A DNA stretch of 59,260 bases from Dehalococcoidia bacterium. Lineage in GTDB: Bacteria; Chloroflexota; Dehalococcoidia; DSTF01; JALHUB01. The first letter of the stretch is position 1. The number at the start of each line of letters is the position of its first letter. The stretch spans positions 1 through 59,260 of the forward strand of contig DAOULP010000225.1 in assembly GCA_034420175.1 (NCBI GenBank), read 5' to 3'. This document shows, one piece after another, positions 1-10,095 of the stretch. The notes beneath the pieces were generated by a model that saw only the letters and a list, made by a program, of their open reading frames with translations, did no database searches and was not told the origin of the DNA. The position numbers were made by a program, and so were the translations under genes.

Positions 1-1
1 T

Positions 2-1168
2 GCGCGACTGGATGAGCAGCAGGTGGATGTCCGGGGAGCTGGCGACGATGCGCACCGCCTCCATGTAGTGATCTCGGTTGTTGATGCCCACCGTGTCCAG
101 CGGGTTGCGCACGCTGGTCCCTGCCGCTGGGGTGAACTCGCGCAGTCGGGCCTGCAGCTCCTCTGACAGGGCGGGCACGCTTAGTCTCTCATGCTCGGCG
201 GCGTCCGCGGCGAGCACGCTGCTGCCGCCACCAACACCCATTATGGCGATGCCCCGACCGGCCGGCCGCTCCAGGAAGGAGAAGGTGACCGCCAGGTCCT
301 CCAGCTCGGTCAGCGTGTCCACGCTCAAGGCTCCCGCCTGACGGCAGGCCGCCTCCCACACCTGGGCCGTCCCGGCCAGGCTGCCTGTGTGCGAGTTGGC
401 GGCCCGGCTGCCTGCTCCAGTGAGTCCACCCTTCAGCACGATCGTCGGCTTGGCGGCGGCGGCCGCGGACAGGGCGCGCAGGAAGCGGCGGCCGTCCTTC
501 ACCCCCTCGATGTAGGTGGTGATGATCGTCGTCTCCGGGTCAACCGCGCAGTACTCCAGGAAGTCACTCTCGTCTAGGTCAACCGCGTTGCCGTAACTCA
601 CGACCTTGCTGAAACGCACTCCGCGCTGCGCGGCGTAGAGAACCAGCTCTTCGGCGTTGAGGCCGCTCTGAGAGATGAAGGCGACGTTGCCACTGTCTTT
701 GGGGCATTCGCGGTTGAAGGCCACGCCGGCGCCCGGGCAGTAGAGGCCCATACAGTTGGGCCCGATGATTCGGATCCCGGCGGCCTGCGCCCGGCGCAGC
801 AGTTCCCGTTCCAGCTCCGCACGCTCCTCATCCCCGGTCTCCCGGAAACCGGCTGTGAAGAAGTGGATGGAGCGCGCGCCCTTGGCAGCTGCGTCGTCGA
901 GCAACTGCAAGACGCCCGCCGACGGGATGCTGGAGATGACGTGGTCCACCGGCCCCGGCACCTCGAGCAGCGAGGGATACACTCGCAGGCCCAGCGCCTC
1001 CTGCGCGCGAGGGTTGATCGGGTAGATCGGGCCGGGGAAATCCATGAATTGGAGGGCCCGCACGAACATCGCGCCGCCGCCCCACTCCCGTTGTTTCCCG
1101 GAGACTCCTACGACTGCTACGGACCGGGGATGGAAGATGTCGTCGAGGGGGTGAGGGGAACTCGCCAT
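2..1168 (-). CDS. CoA-binding protein / ADP-forming acyl-CoA synthetase alpha-type subunit (3' end runs off the window)
   Basis: Hand translation from ATG 1168: MASSPHPLDDIFHPRSVAVVGVSG...IYPINP...RIIGPNCMG...AFISQSG...SYGN...SHTGSLAG. These are succinyl-CoA-synthetase-like/ACD motifs. Not in the ORF track because there is no stop in the window. Confidence 0.9.
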   Translation of the reverse strand, partial: MASSPHPLDDIFHPRSVAVVGVSGKQREWGGGAMFVRALQFMDFPGPIYPINPRAQEALGLRVYPSLLEVPGPVDHVISSIPSAGVLQLLDDAAAKGARSIHFFTAGFRETGDEERAELERELLRRAQAAGIRIIGPNCMGLYCPGAGVAFNRECPKDSGNVAFISQSGLNAEELVLYAAQRGVRFSKVVSYGNAVDLDESDFLEYCAVDPETTIITTYIEGVKDGRRFLRALSAAAAAKPTIVLKGGLTGAGSRAANSHTGSLAGTAQVWEAACRQAGALSVDTLTELEDLAVTFSFLERPAGRGIAIMGVGGGSSVLAADAAEHERLSVPALSEELQARLREFTPAAGTSVRNPLDTVGINNRDHYMEAVRIVASSPDIHLLLIQSR

Positions 1169-1252
1169 AATCACACATCACTATAGCACTGTCCATCGTA
1201 AGGGGGGAGTGGAATCTGGGCGAAGGCTGCGGTACGCTGTTAGGAGAGCGCA

Positions 1253-2206
1253 ATGCCCTACGAACTCCCACCCATGAGGCCGCCCAGCGAGGCCCGCTCC
1301 CTGCTCATCAGGGTCATGCGCGGCTGCCCCTGGAACTACTGCACCTTCTGCTCCGCCTATAAGAACGTGCCGCGGAAGGTGCTGATGAGGTCCGTAGACG
1401 AGGTAGAGGGCGACATAACGGAGTTGCGGGCGGCCTTCGATGAGGCGCGCAGCCGTGGCGACATCGTGGAGCCGAGGACCGCCTTCCTGGCCGACTCCAA
1501 CGCCATCATCGTCAAGACTCCTGACCTGGTTGAGATCGTCAGGTTCTTGCTGGAGGCCTTCCCATCCCTGGACCGAGTCACCTCCTACGCCCGCGCAAGA
1601 ACGGTTCTCACCAAGGATCTGGAAGAGCTGCGCGAGCTCCGGAGCGCCGGCCTAAACCGTCTTCACCTGGGGTTGGAGAGCGGCGACGACGGCGTTCTCG
1701 AGCACGTGAAGAAGGGCGCCAGCTCTGAGCAGATGATCGCCGCCGGCCTCCGGGTCAAGGAAGCCGGCTTTGAGCTCTCCGAGTACGTGATGCCGGGTTT
1801 GGGGGGCCGTGAGCACTCGCGAGAGCACGTGGAGGGCACGGCCCGCGTCCTCAACGCCGTCGACCCGCATTACACCAGGGTCAGGTCACTGATCCTGGGC
1901 CCCGGCACGCCGCTCTATCAGGAGTACGAGGCGGGGACCTTCCAGGCGATGTCGGTGCTGGAGCTGACGCACGAGATCCGAGCCCTGGCAGAGCGCCTGG
2001 AGATCACCGGCCAGCTCTGCTTCGACCACTTCTCCAACCCCCCCTTCCTGCGGCAGGATTGGGAGGGCTACAAGTTCCCCGAGGAGAAGCAGGTGGTCGT
2101 CTGCACCATCGACGAGGCGCTGGAGCGCCGGCGGGCCCGCCTCCAGGACGGTGAGGCCGGCGTATCTGAGGACGGCGCTGGTCCTGTCGTCGGCTTCCGG
2201 CTTTGA
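1253..2206 (+). CDS. Radical SAM protein
   Basis: CxxxCxxC motif (RGCPWNYCTFC), followed by TIM-barrel motifs AFLADSN and LGLESG. Confidence 0.9.
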   Translation: MPYELPPMRPPSEARSLLIRVMRGCPWNYCTFCSAYKNVPRKVLMRSVDEVEGDITELRAAFDEARSRGDIVEPRTAFLADSNAIIVKTPDLVEIVRFLLEAFPSLDRVTSYARARTVLTKDLEELRELRSAGLNRLHLGLESGDDGVLEHVKKGASSEQMIAAGLRVKEAGFELSEYVMPGLGGREHSREHVEGTARVLNAVDPHYTRVRSLILGPGTPLYQEYEAGTFQAMSVLELTHEIRALAERLEITGQLCFDHFSNPPFLRQDWEGYKFPEEKQVVVCTIDEALERRRARLQDGEAGVSEDGAGPVVGFRL

Positions 2207-2285
2207 TGGCAACGGTGCGCCGACACCCTAGGAGCCTCCCGAGCTCCGCCAGGCACCACGCCCAGGGAGCGCGAGGAGTAAGGCC

Positions 2286-3443
2286 ATGACCGAGCGACCG
2301 ACGGGCCCCACGTTCAAGGTCAAGCGCCAGCCGGACTTCGCCAACCTGCGCCGCACCATGCTCCGCGAGGGCCCTCCCGGTCCCGTCCCCTTCGTCGAGC
2401 TCTTCGCTGACCCGGCTATCATGGAAGCGGCCCTGGGCGAGAGGTTCGCCTACAATGCGCCGACCGCGGAGGAGGAGCCCGACGAATCGGCGCGGCGACC
2501 GGCTCTCCGTGGCCGCCGCGTCCTCGACATGATCCTCCGGTTCTGCTATGAGACCGGCTACGACTACGTCTACGCCTGGACGGGGCTGACGTTCCCGGGC
2601 CAGCGCCGTGCCGCGGCTCCAGACACGGCCTCGGCCTCGAACTGGCCGGGCGGAACTCGCTACTGGCAAGACGAGACCACCGGGCCCATCCAGTCGTGGG
2701 ATGACTTCGAGAAGTACCCCTGGCAGAAGCCCGAGGAGATCAGCTACCACGCCATCGAGTACTTGAACTCGGTGGTCCCCGAAGGCATGAAGATAAGCGT
2801 CGTTATCGGCGGCGTCTTCGAGAACGCCTCCTGGCTCATGGGGCTGGAGTCCTTTGCCTACGCGCTGCACGATCAGCCCGACCTGGTGACCGCTCTCTGT
2901 CAGCGCGTGGGCGATCTCGCGGTCGCCGCCGCCAGCACCGCTGTGACCATCGACAACGTTGGCATGGTGTTCCTCGGCGACGACATGGGGTACAAGACTG
3001 CCACTGTGATTTCGCCGGCCCATTTGCGTCAGTACGTGCTCCCCCAGCAGAAGCGAATCGTTGATGCCGTTCACGCCGCCGGACGGCTCTTCCTTCTTCA
3101 CTCCTGTGGGAACGTAGAGAGCATCATGGACGATCTCATAGACGACGTGGGGATCGACGGCAAACACAGCTTCGAGGATGTCATCCTGCCCATAGAGGAG
3201 GTCTACCGCCGCTGGGGTGGTCGCACGGCGATCTTGGGCGGAGTCGACATGGACCTCCTTGCCGGGGGCAATGAGGAGCAGGTGAGGGCGCGGACCCGCC
3301 AGATTCTCGAGACCTGTGGCGCCGCGGGCACGGGCTACTGCCTGGGCACGGGCAATACCGTCGCCAACTACGTGCCCATGCCCAACTACCTGGCTATGCT
3401 CGACGAAGGCCGGCGCTGGAACCGCGAGCGCTTCGGCACCTAG
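2286..3443 (+). CDS. Uroporphyrinogen decarboxylase (URO-D/MtaA-like) family protein
   Basis: GDDMG, LHSCG, ILGGVD and CLGTGN motifs typical of URO-D-family TIM barrels. Confidence 0.85.
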   Translation: MTERPTGPTFKVKRQPDFANLRRTMLREGPPGPVPFVELFADPAIMEAALGERFAYNAPTAEEEPDESARRPALRGRRVLDMILRFCYETGYDYVYAWTGLTFPGQRRAAAPDTASASNWPGGTRYWQDETTGPIQSWDDFEKYPWQKPEEISYHAIEYLNSVVPEGMKISVVIGGVFENASWLMGLESFAYALHDQPDLVTALCQRVGDLAVAAASTAVTIDNVGMVFLGDDMGYKTATVISPAHLRQYVLPQQKRIVDAVHAAGRLFLLHSCGNVESIMDDLIDDVGIDGKHSFEDVILPIEEVYRRWGGRTAILGGVDMDLLAGGNEEQVRARTRQILETCGAAGTGYCLGTGNTVANYVPMPNYLAMLDEGRRWNRERFGT

Positions 3444-3481
3444 GGACGGAACGCGCGAGAGCAGACGGGCGACAGCCTCCT

Positions 3482-4255
3482 GTGACACGCACTGTCAGAT
3501 CGCACATCCAACCAGACGGCTGCGACCCCTACCAGTCGCTGCCGCGCTGGCAGAAGGTGGACCTGGCCCTCCTCGACCTGCGGGAGGGCCATTCGGTGCT
3601 CGACGTCGGCTGCGGGCCGGGCTACCTTCTCAGGAAGGCTGCTCGGCGGGCCTCCCTGGCTGTTGGCGTCGACCTTGACCACGAACGCCTCCGCGCCAAC
3701 GCCGCCAGCTCGGTAGAATGGGCGTCCCTTGGCCCTCACCCCGCCGGTTTCGTCGTCGCCGACGGGCAGCGGCTCCCTTTCGCCGACGCCTCCTTCGACC
3801 GCATCATCTGCACCGAGACGCTGGAGCACGTGGCCGACGCTCACATGGCCCTGCGCGAGCTGGCCCGTGTCTTACGGCCGGGCGGCCGGCTGGCACTGAG
3901 CGTCCCCCACTTCTTGTGCGAGGCGATCCTGTGCCGGCTGATCGGGGGATACCTGGAGTTCCCGGGCGGCCACAGGCGCGTGTTCACCGCCGAGGGCCTC
4001 GCTCGGGCGCTGAGGCGGGCGGGGCTGGAGCCCTACGCGGAGTACCGTCGGGATTCGCTAGAGGCGGTCTACTGGATACTGCTGTCTCTGCTGGCGCGGC
4101 CGCCGCGCCGGCTGGACGGGGCGCTGGCGGCGGTGGAGCGGTGGCGGACCCGGACGCGCGGCGAACCGTACTCTCGCTTCTACCACGCCGTCGACCAGGT
4201 GGGTAACCACCTGCTGCCCAAGAGCGTCGTGGTCTACGCCCTCAAGCCCGGATGA
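3482..4255 (+). CDS. Class I SAM-dependent methyltransferase
   Basis: VLDVGCGPG motif I; LPFADASFD...LEHV...RVLRPGG. Confidence 0.9.
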   Translation: MTRTVRSHIQPDGCDPYQSLPRWQKVDLALLDLREGHSVLDVGCGPGYLLRKAARRASLAVGVDLDHERLRANAASSVEWASLGPHPAGFVVADGQRLPFADASFDRIICTETLEHVADAHMALRELARVLRPGGRLALSVPHFLCEAILCRLIGGYLEFPGGHRRVFTAEGLARALRRAGLEPYAEYRRDSLEAVYWILLSLLARPPRRLDGALAAVERWRTRTRGEPYSRFYHAVDQVGNHLLPKSVVVYALKPG

Positions 4256-4300
4256 CCGTGCGAGAGACACGAGGGATAGCCGCTAAAGGCCCGCAGCGTC

Positions 4301-5665
4301 CTAGCCTGCCTCCCAGCCATCCAGTCGGCGCAGCGTCTCCTTCAGGTTCTCCTCCATGAAGCGAGACGTGAGGCGGCGGATGCCGTCACGGTCGCCGCGG
4401 CGCTCGAGGGTCCGTATTTCGTCCGCCAGGCTCTCCGAGCGCGACGCCAGCTCCTGCTCCCACTCGCCCCAGGACTGCTGGAGGCGAACACGCTCGCTGC
4501 GAGGGCGGTCGAGGACCGCGTCCTGAAGGGTCTTGAAGCGCCACCACGGTGAGTCCGCATCGAAGGATGCGCCACCCACAGCGTGGGCAGCGGGCACGTC
4601 GCCCTCCAGATACAGAGGGAGGAAGACACCGGTGCAGGGCGCCGCAAGCGAGGCCCAGAGGTCGGGCAGGCCATCCCACTCGGGCCGCAGGCGGGCCACG
4701 ATGCTGGCGGTTGTCCCGTCGAAGGGGTCGGCGTGGAAGCAGAGCGTGAAGAAGTCGTCGCCCTCCCGGTCTCGCTGCTCCGGGAGGATGGTTCCCGACT
4801 CGCCGTGGTCGCGGAGGAAGCGCATCATGTCTCGGAGCGTCAGCCGGCCTTCGGCCTCCTTCAGCAGGGCGCAGCCGCGAGCGAAACGCCCCTCCGATAG
4901 GCGGCCTGGCACGACCTCCGTGCTGCGGTAGGCGCTGGCGAACCGGAGCCGACCGCTGCCGGCCTTCCACCAGCCCTGCTTCACCGCGTGCTCCTCGACG
5001 TCTTGCGAGGCCAAAGACCAGTCGTCCTCGATGCTGAGGTGGTTGGAGATACTCCCGACGCCTTCCACCTGGCGCGTCGCCCACCGCTTGCCGGATGTCT
5101 CCAGTATCCAGGCGTCTGTGGGATCGGCCATGAGGAAGGAGTTGTGGTAGCCGAAGGTTCCGTTCGGATGGGCCGGCCCGCCCTGTCCGTGTGTCTCTAG
5201 GAGCCCTGTGATCACCTCCAGCGCCTCGCGGGCGGTCGCGGCGCGTTCCAGCCCCAGGCGCACCAGGTCCATCCCCAGCAGTGCCTCTGGGCCCTGCGGC
5301 TCGTGGCTGAAGACGGCTTCGTTGCCGATGGCGACGCGGCAGTCGTTGACGCCGTGCTCCAGGCCCCAGAGCCAGTAGGGCTGGGAGCCGATGAAGCCGT
5401 GCGTCTTCTCGACCTGGGGGATGGAGAGGTACTGGCAGCGGACGCGCGAGCCCGGCGGGTGGTGTTGCGGCGGGACCTGCACCAGCGGCTGCGACTCGAG
5501 GACCGGCCGGTCGCTGTTCTTGGCGAAGAGGGTGGAGCCGTCGGCCGTCGCGCTCGGCAGCGCCACGAGGGTATCGCAGCCGAGGGCAGGCAAGGCGCAT
5601 GTGGGCGCGGGCTCGGCGATGGCGCGCTTGTCGCGCGAGGCCCAAGAGGACGTTTCTGGTCTCAT
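4301..5665 (-). CDS. Peptidase C69 (secernin/dipeptidase, Ntn hydrolase); true start may be nearer 5593
   Basis: CDT nucleophile motif, FAKNSDR, EHGVN, GNEAV, GMDLVRLGLERA. Confidence 0.85.
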   Translation of the reverse strand: MRPETSSWASRDKRAIAEPAPTCALPALGCDTLVALPSATADGSTLFAKNSDRPVLESQPLVQVPPQHHPPGSRVRCQYLSIPQVEKTHGFIGSQPYWLWGLEHGVNDCRVAIGNEAVFSHEPQGPEALLGMDLVRLGLERAATAREALEVITGLLETHGQGGPAHPNGTFGYHNSFLMADPTDAWILETSGKRWATRQVEGVGSISNHLSIEDDWSLASQDVEEHAVKQGWWKAGSGRLRFASAYRSTEVVPGRLSEGRFARGCALLKEAEGRLTLRDMMRFLRDHGESGTILPEQRDREGDDFFTLCFHADPFDGTTASIVARLRPEWDGLPDLWASLAAPCTGVFLPLYLEGDVPAAHAVGGASFDADSPWWRFKTLQDAVLDRPRSERVRLQQSWGEWEQELASRSESLADEIRTLERRGDRDGIRRLTSRFMEENLKETLRRLDGWEAG

Positions 5666-5727
5666 GTCTGGCCAAGCCTTTCTAGGCTGCGGCTTGCGGC
5701 AGCGTGCGTGCTGCCCTCGTTTCGCTT

Positions 5728-6963
5728 CTAGTACCTGTCCAGAACGAGCCGTGCGGCGGCCAGCGAGAGGACCTCGTTGCAGCCGTCCTCGATCATGGAG
5801 GCGCGGGCGTCCCGGAAGAGCTTCTCCACCGGCATGTCCTTGCAGAGTCCGTATCCGCCGTGGAGCTGGATCGCATCGCTGGCCACCTCAAAGGCAACCT
5901 CCGTGCAGTAGACCTTCGACGCCACTGAGTACTGGGCCTGAGGCGGAAAGGCGGTGGTGTTGTAGATGCTGGCCGCCCTTGAGATGGCGCGGGCGGTCTC
6001 CACCTTCGTGAACATGTCGAAGAGCTTCTTCTGTACGAGTTGGTGTTCGGCGATGGGCTTGCCCCCCTGCACCCGCTGCTTGCAGTAGCTGAGCGCCTCC
6101 TCGAAGGCGGCCCTGGCGACACCTGTGAAGACCGTGCCCATGCCGGCGTTGGCCGCGGCCAGGATCGCGTCGACGATCGGAGGGAAGGTCGCCGGCTCCA
6201 CCAGCATGTAGTGCTTGGGGATGCGCACATTGTCGAAGAAGATCTCGCCCTGGTTCAGGGCCCGCTGTCCGAGTTTCTCCAGGGGCGGCCCCTTGGACAC
6301 GCCGGGCAGGGTCAACGGCACGAGGGCCACGCCGCTGCCCGCCATCCCCTGCGCCGGGTCCAGTGTGAGGAATAGTAGGGCGTGTGTGGCGATGGTGCCG
6401 TTCGATACCCAGGCCGCCTTCTGACCGTTGATGACCCACTCGTCGCCATCGAGCACGGCCTTGACGTCGAACGTGATGCTGGGGTCGTGGAACTGTTCTG
6501 TGCCGAAGAGAACGCAGTCGGACCCGTGCTCGGGCTCGGTGATTGCCCAGCAGCCGATGTACTTCGCCTCCCGGTCCTGGGCGAAGGGGATGACGAACTC
6601 ATTCATGAGGTCCTGGTTTCCGCTCATGAGGGCGAAGCTGAACGGCATCGCCGTCACCCCCAGGCCGATCGCGAAGTCCGCGCTGCCCCAGGATATCTCC
6701 TCGCTTACGATGTGCTGCTCCAGTGGTCCCAGCCCTGCACCGCCGAGCTCCTCGGGGAACCCCTGGGTGTGGTGTCCCTGCTCATAGGCCTGCCGGAACA
6801 CCTTCCAGAGGGCGGAGTCCTCCTTGATGACGTCCTCGGCGGACAGCTTGTCCAGCTCCATGCTCGCTGGACGCAGCACCTCCTCGGCGAATCGGTGCGT
6901 CTCCTCCTTCAGGGCAACCTGGGCGGGAGTGAGGTCGCGGTTGAGGTCCAGGTACGGGCTCAT
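5728..6963 (-). CDS. Acyl-CoA dehydrogenase
   Basis: CWAITEPEHGSD, INGQKAWVSNG, IQLHGGYG, KLFRDAR; AAAGGAG RBS before ATG 6963. Confidence 0.95.
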   Translation of the reverse strand: MSPYLDLNRDLTPAQVALKEETHRFAEEVLRPASMELDKLSAEDVIKEDSALWKVFRQAYEQGHHTQGFPEELGGAGLGPLEQHIVSEEISWGSADFAIGLGVTAMPFSFALMSGNQDLMNEFVIPFAQDREAKYIGCWAITEPEHGSDCVLFGTEQFHDPSITFDVKAVLDGDEWVINGQKAAWVSNGTIATHALLFLTLDPAQGMAGSGVALVPLTLPGVSKGPPLEKLGQRALNQGEIFFDNVRIPKHYMLVEPATFPPIVDAILAAANAGMGTVFTGVARAAFEEALSYCKQRVQGGKPIAEHQLVQKKLFDMFTKVETARAISRAASIYNTTAFPPQAQYSVASKVYCTEVAFEVASDAIQLHGGYGLCKDMPVEKLFRDARASMIEDGCNEVLSLAAARLVLDRY

Positions 6964-7131
6964 CTCGGCTCCTTTCGCCAACTGCGCGGGTTCCGGCCCG
7001 CCACGCGTATCCTACCCGAAGACGCGCCACTGTCAACGATGCGCGGCGGTCAGGAGCCGGTTGTCCGGCTTCGCAGGCTGCAGAGAAGCCCCCCCGCCCC
7101 GAAGGCTCAGGACAGGCGGCTTCTGCACACC

Positions 7132-7160
7132 GCTCGTGGTGAGCCTGTCGAACCACGAGC
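7132..7160. repeat. REP-like palindrome GCTCGTGGT-GAGCCTGTCGA-ACCACGAGC
   Basis: 9-bp stem around a conserved loop; related copies at 10003-10025 and 10041-10071. Confidence 0.7.
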
Positions 7161-7187
7161 AGCCCCCTTGGGTTTGCCGGCGCCCTG

Positions 7188-8444
7188 CTACATCCGCCGG
7201 ATCTTCTGAGAGGCGATGCCGGTGAACGAGGCCAGCATCAGGCCCACGACGGCGAAGGCGGCCACAGAATGGGGCGCCCCGAGCCCGCTGGCGGAGGCAC
7301 CCATGGCGAGGTTGCCGAAGGGCGAGAGGCCGCTGGCCATGTTGAACAGCGCCATCCCCCGTCCGCGGTGGGCGTCGTCCAGGCTGAGCTGGAGGATCGT
7401 TTGATTGAGGGTGACGAATACGGACCAGCCAACGCCGGCCACGATGAGGATCGCAAAGGAGAGAGGGAACAGCCGCGACAGGGCGAAGACCAGGACCATC
7501 CCCATGTAGAGGAGGGCGGCTAGCGACATGGCCTTCCCTTTGCTGGCCCGACCCTGCATGCTCGCTGCCACTAGTCCACCGGGGATCGACCCGAAGCCGA
7601 CGCCGGTCAGCAGGACTCCGTAGCCGGTGGATCCGACGTCAAGGATATCCTCGGCGAAGACCGGCATCATGGTCACGTAAGGGTAGATGATAACGTTCAC
7701 AATAACGTTCATCAGCACCAGGCGTGACAGCACCTCGTCCCGGCGGACATAGCTGAATCCTTCTCGGATCCCGGCCAGCACCGGTACACGCACGGGCTCG
7801 ACCTGTGTGTAGATCCGGAGCATCAGAGTGGCGGTGACGGCCACCGCGTAGAACACGGCCTGCCCGTAGAAGGCGAACTCCACGCCGGCGGCGCCGACGA
7901 CGATGCCCCCGAGGCTTGGCGCCACGATGCGAGAGACGTTGCCCACGACTGAGTTGAGGGCGATGGCGCTTGTCAGGTGCTGTGGGCCCACCACGTCGTA
8001 GATCAGCACCTGGCGGGCTGGCATGTTCAACGCCACGTTCGCGCCGACGATGATGGCCATGACGTAGAGGTGCCATAGCTGCACCAAGTCGGTGGTCACC
8101 AGGAGCCCAATGGCTAGCGAGACGACGGCCGGCACCGTCTGCGTGAAGGCGGCCAGACGCCGTCGGTCCAGCCGCTCCACTGCTACGCCGGCGAGGGGCG
8201 AAACAAGGAGCGTGCTGATTCCTCGCAGGAAGGCGACGAGCCCGAGCTGGAAGGCGGAATCGGTGATCTCGAAGACCAGCCAGCCGCGCGCCACCTCCTC
8301 CATCCAGTTGGCCACCTGGCTGGCCGAGGTGCCCACCAGAAGGAGACGGAACTGACCCAGTGCAAGCGAGGAGAAGGCCGGCGCCCGCGCCAGGCGCCGG
8401 GCAAGACCGCGACGGCCCTTGGCCGTCTCTTCGGCTTCGTCCAT
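7188..8444 (-). CDS. MFS transporter (EntS/DUF894-like)
   Basis: About 12 hydrophobic segments; [11 protein letters not shown] loop motif; D..RGR.M.LF motif. Confidence 0.9.
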   Translation of the reverse strand: MDEAEETAKGRRGLARRLARAPAFSSLALGQFRLLLVGTSASQVANWMEEVARGWLVFEITDSAFQLGLVAFLRGISTLLVSPLAGVAVERLDRRRLAAFTQTVPAVVSLAIGLLVTTDLVQLWHLYVMAIIVGANVALNMPARQVLIYDVVGPQHLTSAIALNSVVGNVSRIVAPSLGGIVVGAAGVEFAFYGQAVFYAVAVTATLMLRIYTQVEPVRVPVLAGIREGFSYVRRDEVLSRLVLMNVIVNVIIYPYVTMMPVFAEDILDVGSTGYGVLLTGVGFGSIPGGLVAASMQGRASKGKAMSLAALLYMGMVLVFALSRLFPLSFAILIVAGVGWSVFVTLNQTILQLSLDDAHRGRGMALFNMASGLSPFGNLAMGASASGLGAPHSVAAFAVVGLMLASFTGIASQKIRRM

Positions 8445-8675
8445 TGGTCCTTGCGCTCCGCGGACAAGGGGCGAAGTGGGGTCCTCGTGGGGCTGACGCC
8501 GTCCACGGCCACCGAGGGCTTGTTTCCCATTCTAGTCGGTCCGTGTCGCCAAGCGGAAGCGGCGGGGAGGCCCCGAAGGCCGGTGTATAATGGCGGCGAC
8601 GGCCAAGATGTTCATGGTGATGCCGGTGCCCGCGCGGCGCACCGAGCGTCCCGATGCACAGGGAAGGAACAGATC

Positions 8676-9911
8676 ATGTACGACTCCCTACTGACCCAAG
8701 ACCAGCGCCAGCTCCGCGATGAGGTGGCGGCCTTCGTTCGCGACGACGTCCCCCGCCAGCTTATCCTGGACATGGACGCCGAGAAGGTGTACTACCCCCG
8801 TGAATTCCTGGAGGCGGCCGCCCGTCGTGGGTTGCTGGGACTCCGTTTCCCCGAGGAGTACGGCGGCCGCGGCCTCTCCTGGGCCGACGAAGTCGTCGCC
8901 ATGGAGGAGGTAGGCGTAATCGGGGGCTCCCTGCCCTGCCTCTACTCGCTGGTCAGCATCGTCGGGGAGGCGCTGCACGTCTTCGGCACGCCGGAGCAGA
9001 AGGAGAGGTGGCTGCGACCCGCCCTCGAGGCGCGGCTGACGGTCGCCGAGGCGCTCACGGAGCCCCGCGGCGGCTCGGACTTCTTCGGGGCCACCACGAC
9101 GGCCACGCGTGACGGCGACTCATACGTCCTCAACGGCCAGAAGCGCTTCATCGTCGGCGCCGAGGGGGCGGACTTCTTCCTTGTCTATGCCCGCAGCAAC
9201 CCCGACGCTCCTTCCCACGAGTCGCTCAGCGCCTTCATCGTCGAGCGCGGACCCGGCGTCGAGGTGCAGCACGTCTACGGCCTGATGGGCACCCGCGGCG
9301 GGGGCACCGGCCGCGTCTACTTCCACGATGTCCGCGTACCCATCGAGAACCTGATCGGCCGGGAGCACGGAGGCGCCGAGGTCTTCTACCAGATGATGAT
9401 CCCGGAGCGCATGACGAGCTCCGCCGGCTCCCTCGGGGGGGCGCGGGCCGCCCTCGAGATCGCGGCCCGCTACAGCGACCAGCGCAAGGCCTTCGGGCGC
9501 AAGATCCGCGCCTTCGAGGGTGTCAGCTTCAAGGTGGCGGACAGCATTGGCCTATTGGATGCCGCTCGCGCCCTGGTCTACGTCACGGCCCGCGCCATCG
9601 ACGCGGGAGACGACCCGGGCCGGCTGCGACGCCTGGTCTCGGAGTGCAAGAAGTTCGGCACCGAGTCGGGCTGGCAGATCATCAACAACGCGATGCAGGT
9701 CATGGGCGGCATCGGCTACACCCGTGTCTACCCAATTGAGCGCCTGCTGCGCGACTCCCGCCTCAGTCTCATCTGGACAGGCACCAGCGAGATCATGAAC
9801 CTCATCATCCAGCACGAGTACTACCAGGAACTCGCTGCCTGCCGCTACGGCCGCGATGTCGAGGCCGACGCCCAGCACGCCGAGGAGCCGGGCGAGAAGG
9901 TGTACGAGTAG
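8676..9911 (+). CDS. Acyl-CoA dehydrogenase
   Basis: [33 protein letters not shown]; GGAAGGA RBS before ATG 8676; TATAAT at 8587-8592 upstream. Confidence 0.95.
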   Translation: MYDSLLTQDQRQLRDEVAAFVRDDVPRQLILDMDAEKVYYPREFLEAAARRGLLGLRFPEEYGGRGLSWADEVVAMEEVGVIGGSLPCLYSLVSIVGEALHVFGTPEQKERWLRPALEARLTVAEALTEPRGGSDFFGATTTATRDGDSYVLNGQKRFIVGAEGADFFLVYARSNPDAPSHESLSAFIVERGPGVEVQHVYGLMGTRGGGTGRVYFHDVRVPIENLIGREHGGAEVFYQMMIPERMTSSAGSLGGARAALEIAARYSDQRKAFGRKIRAFEGVSFKVADSIGLLDAARALVYVTARAIDAGDDPGRLRRLVSECKKFGTESGWQIINNAMQVMGGIGYTRVYPIERLLRDSRLSLIWTGTSEIMNLIIQHEYYQELAACRYGRDVEADAQHAEEPGEKVYE

Positions 9912-10002
9912 GCTGCGTCACCGTCCGCGGTGGATGATCGCCTCGACACCGCGCGCGACCGGCCAGCAGGGGGACTGGTGGGACGATCAGGATGCTGCTG
10001 CA

Positions 10003-10071
10003 CGCCCTGAGCGTGTCGAAGGGCGGGCGGTCCTGCATTCCACTCGCGGTGAGCCTGTTGAACCACGGGTG
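10003..10071. repeat. Two REP-like palindromes between convergent genes
   Basis: CGCCCT-GAGCGTGTCGA-AGGGCG (10003-10025) and CACTCGCGGT-GAGCCTGTTGA-ACCACGGGTG (10041-10071); same loop family as 7132-7160. Confidence 0.65.
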
Positions 10072-10095
10072 CCCCGAGGCCCTCTTCTCACTCCA

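Noticed and set aside
2004-3488. 494-aa minus-strand ORF; likewise 22185..23609, 33417..34586, 16741..17676, 18347..19705 and 43856..44872
   Set aside because: Shadow ORFs antisense to well-supported genes in GC-rich DNA, with no recognisable motifs.
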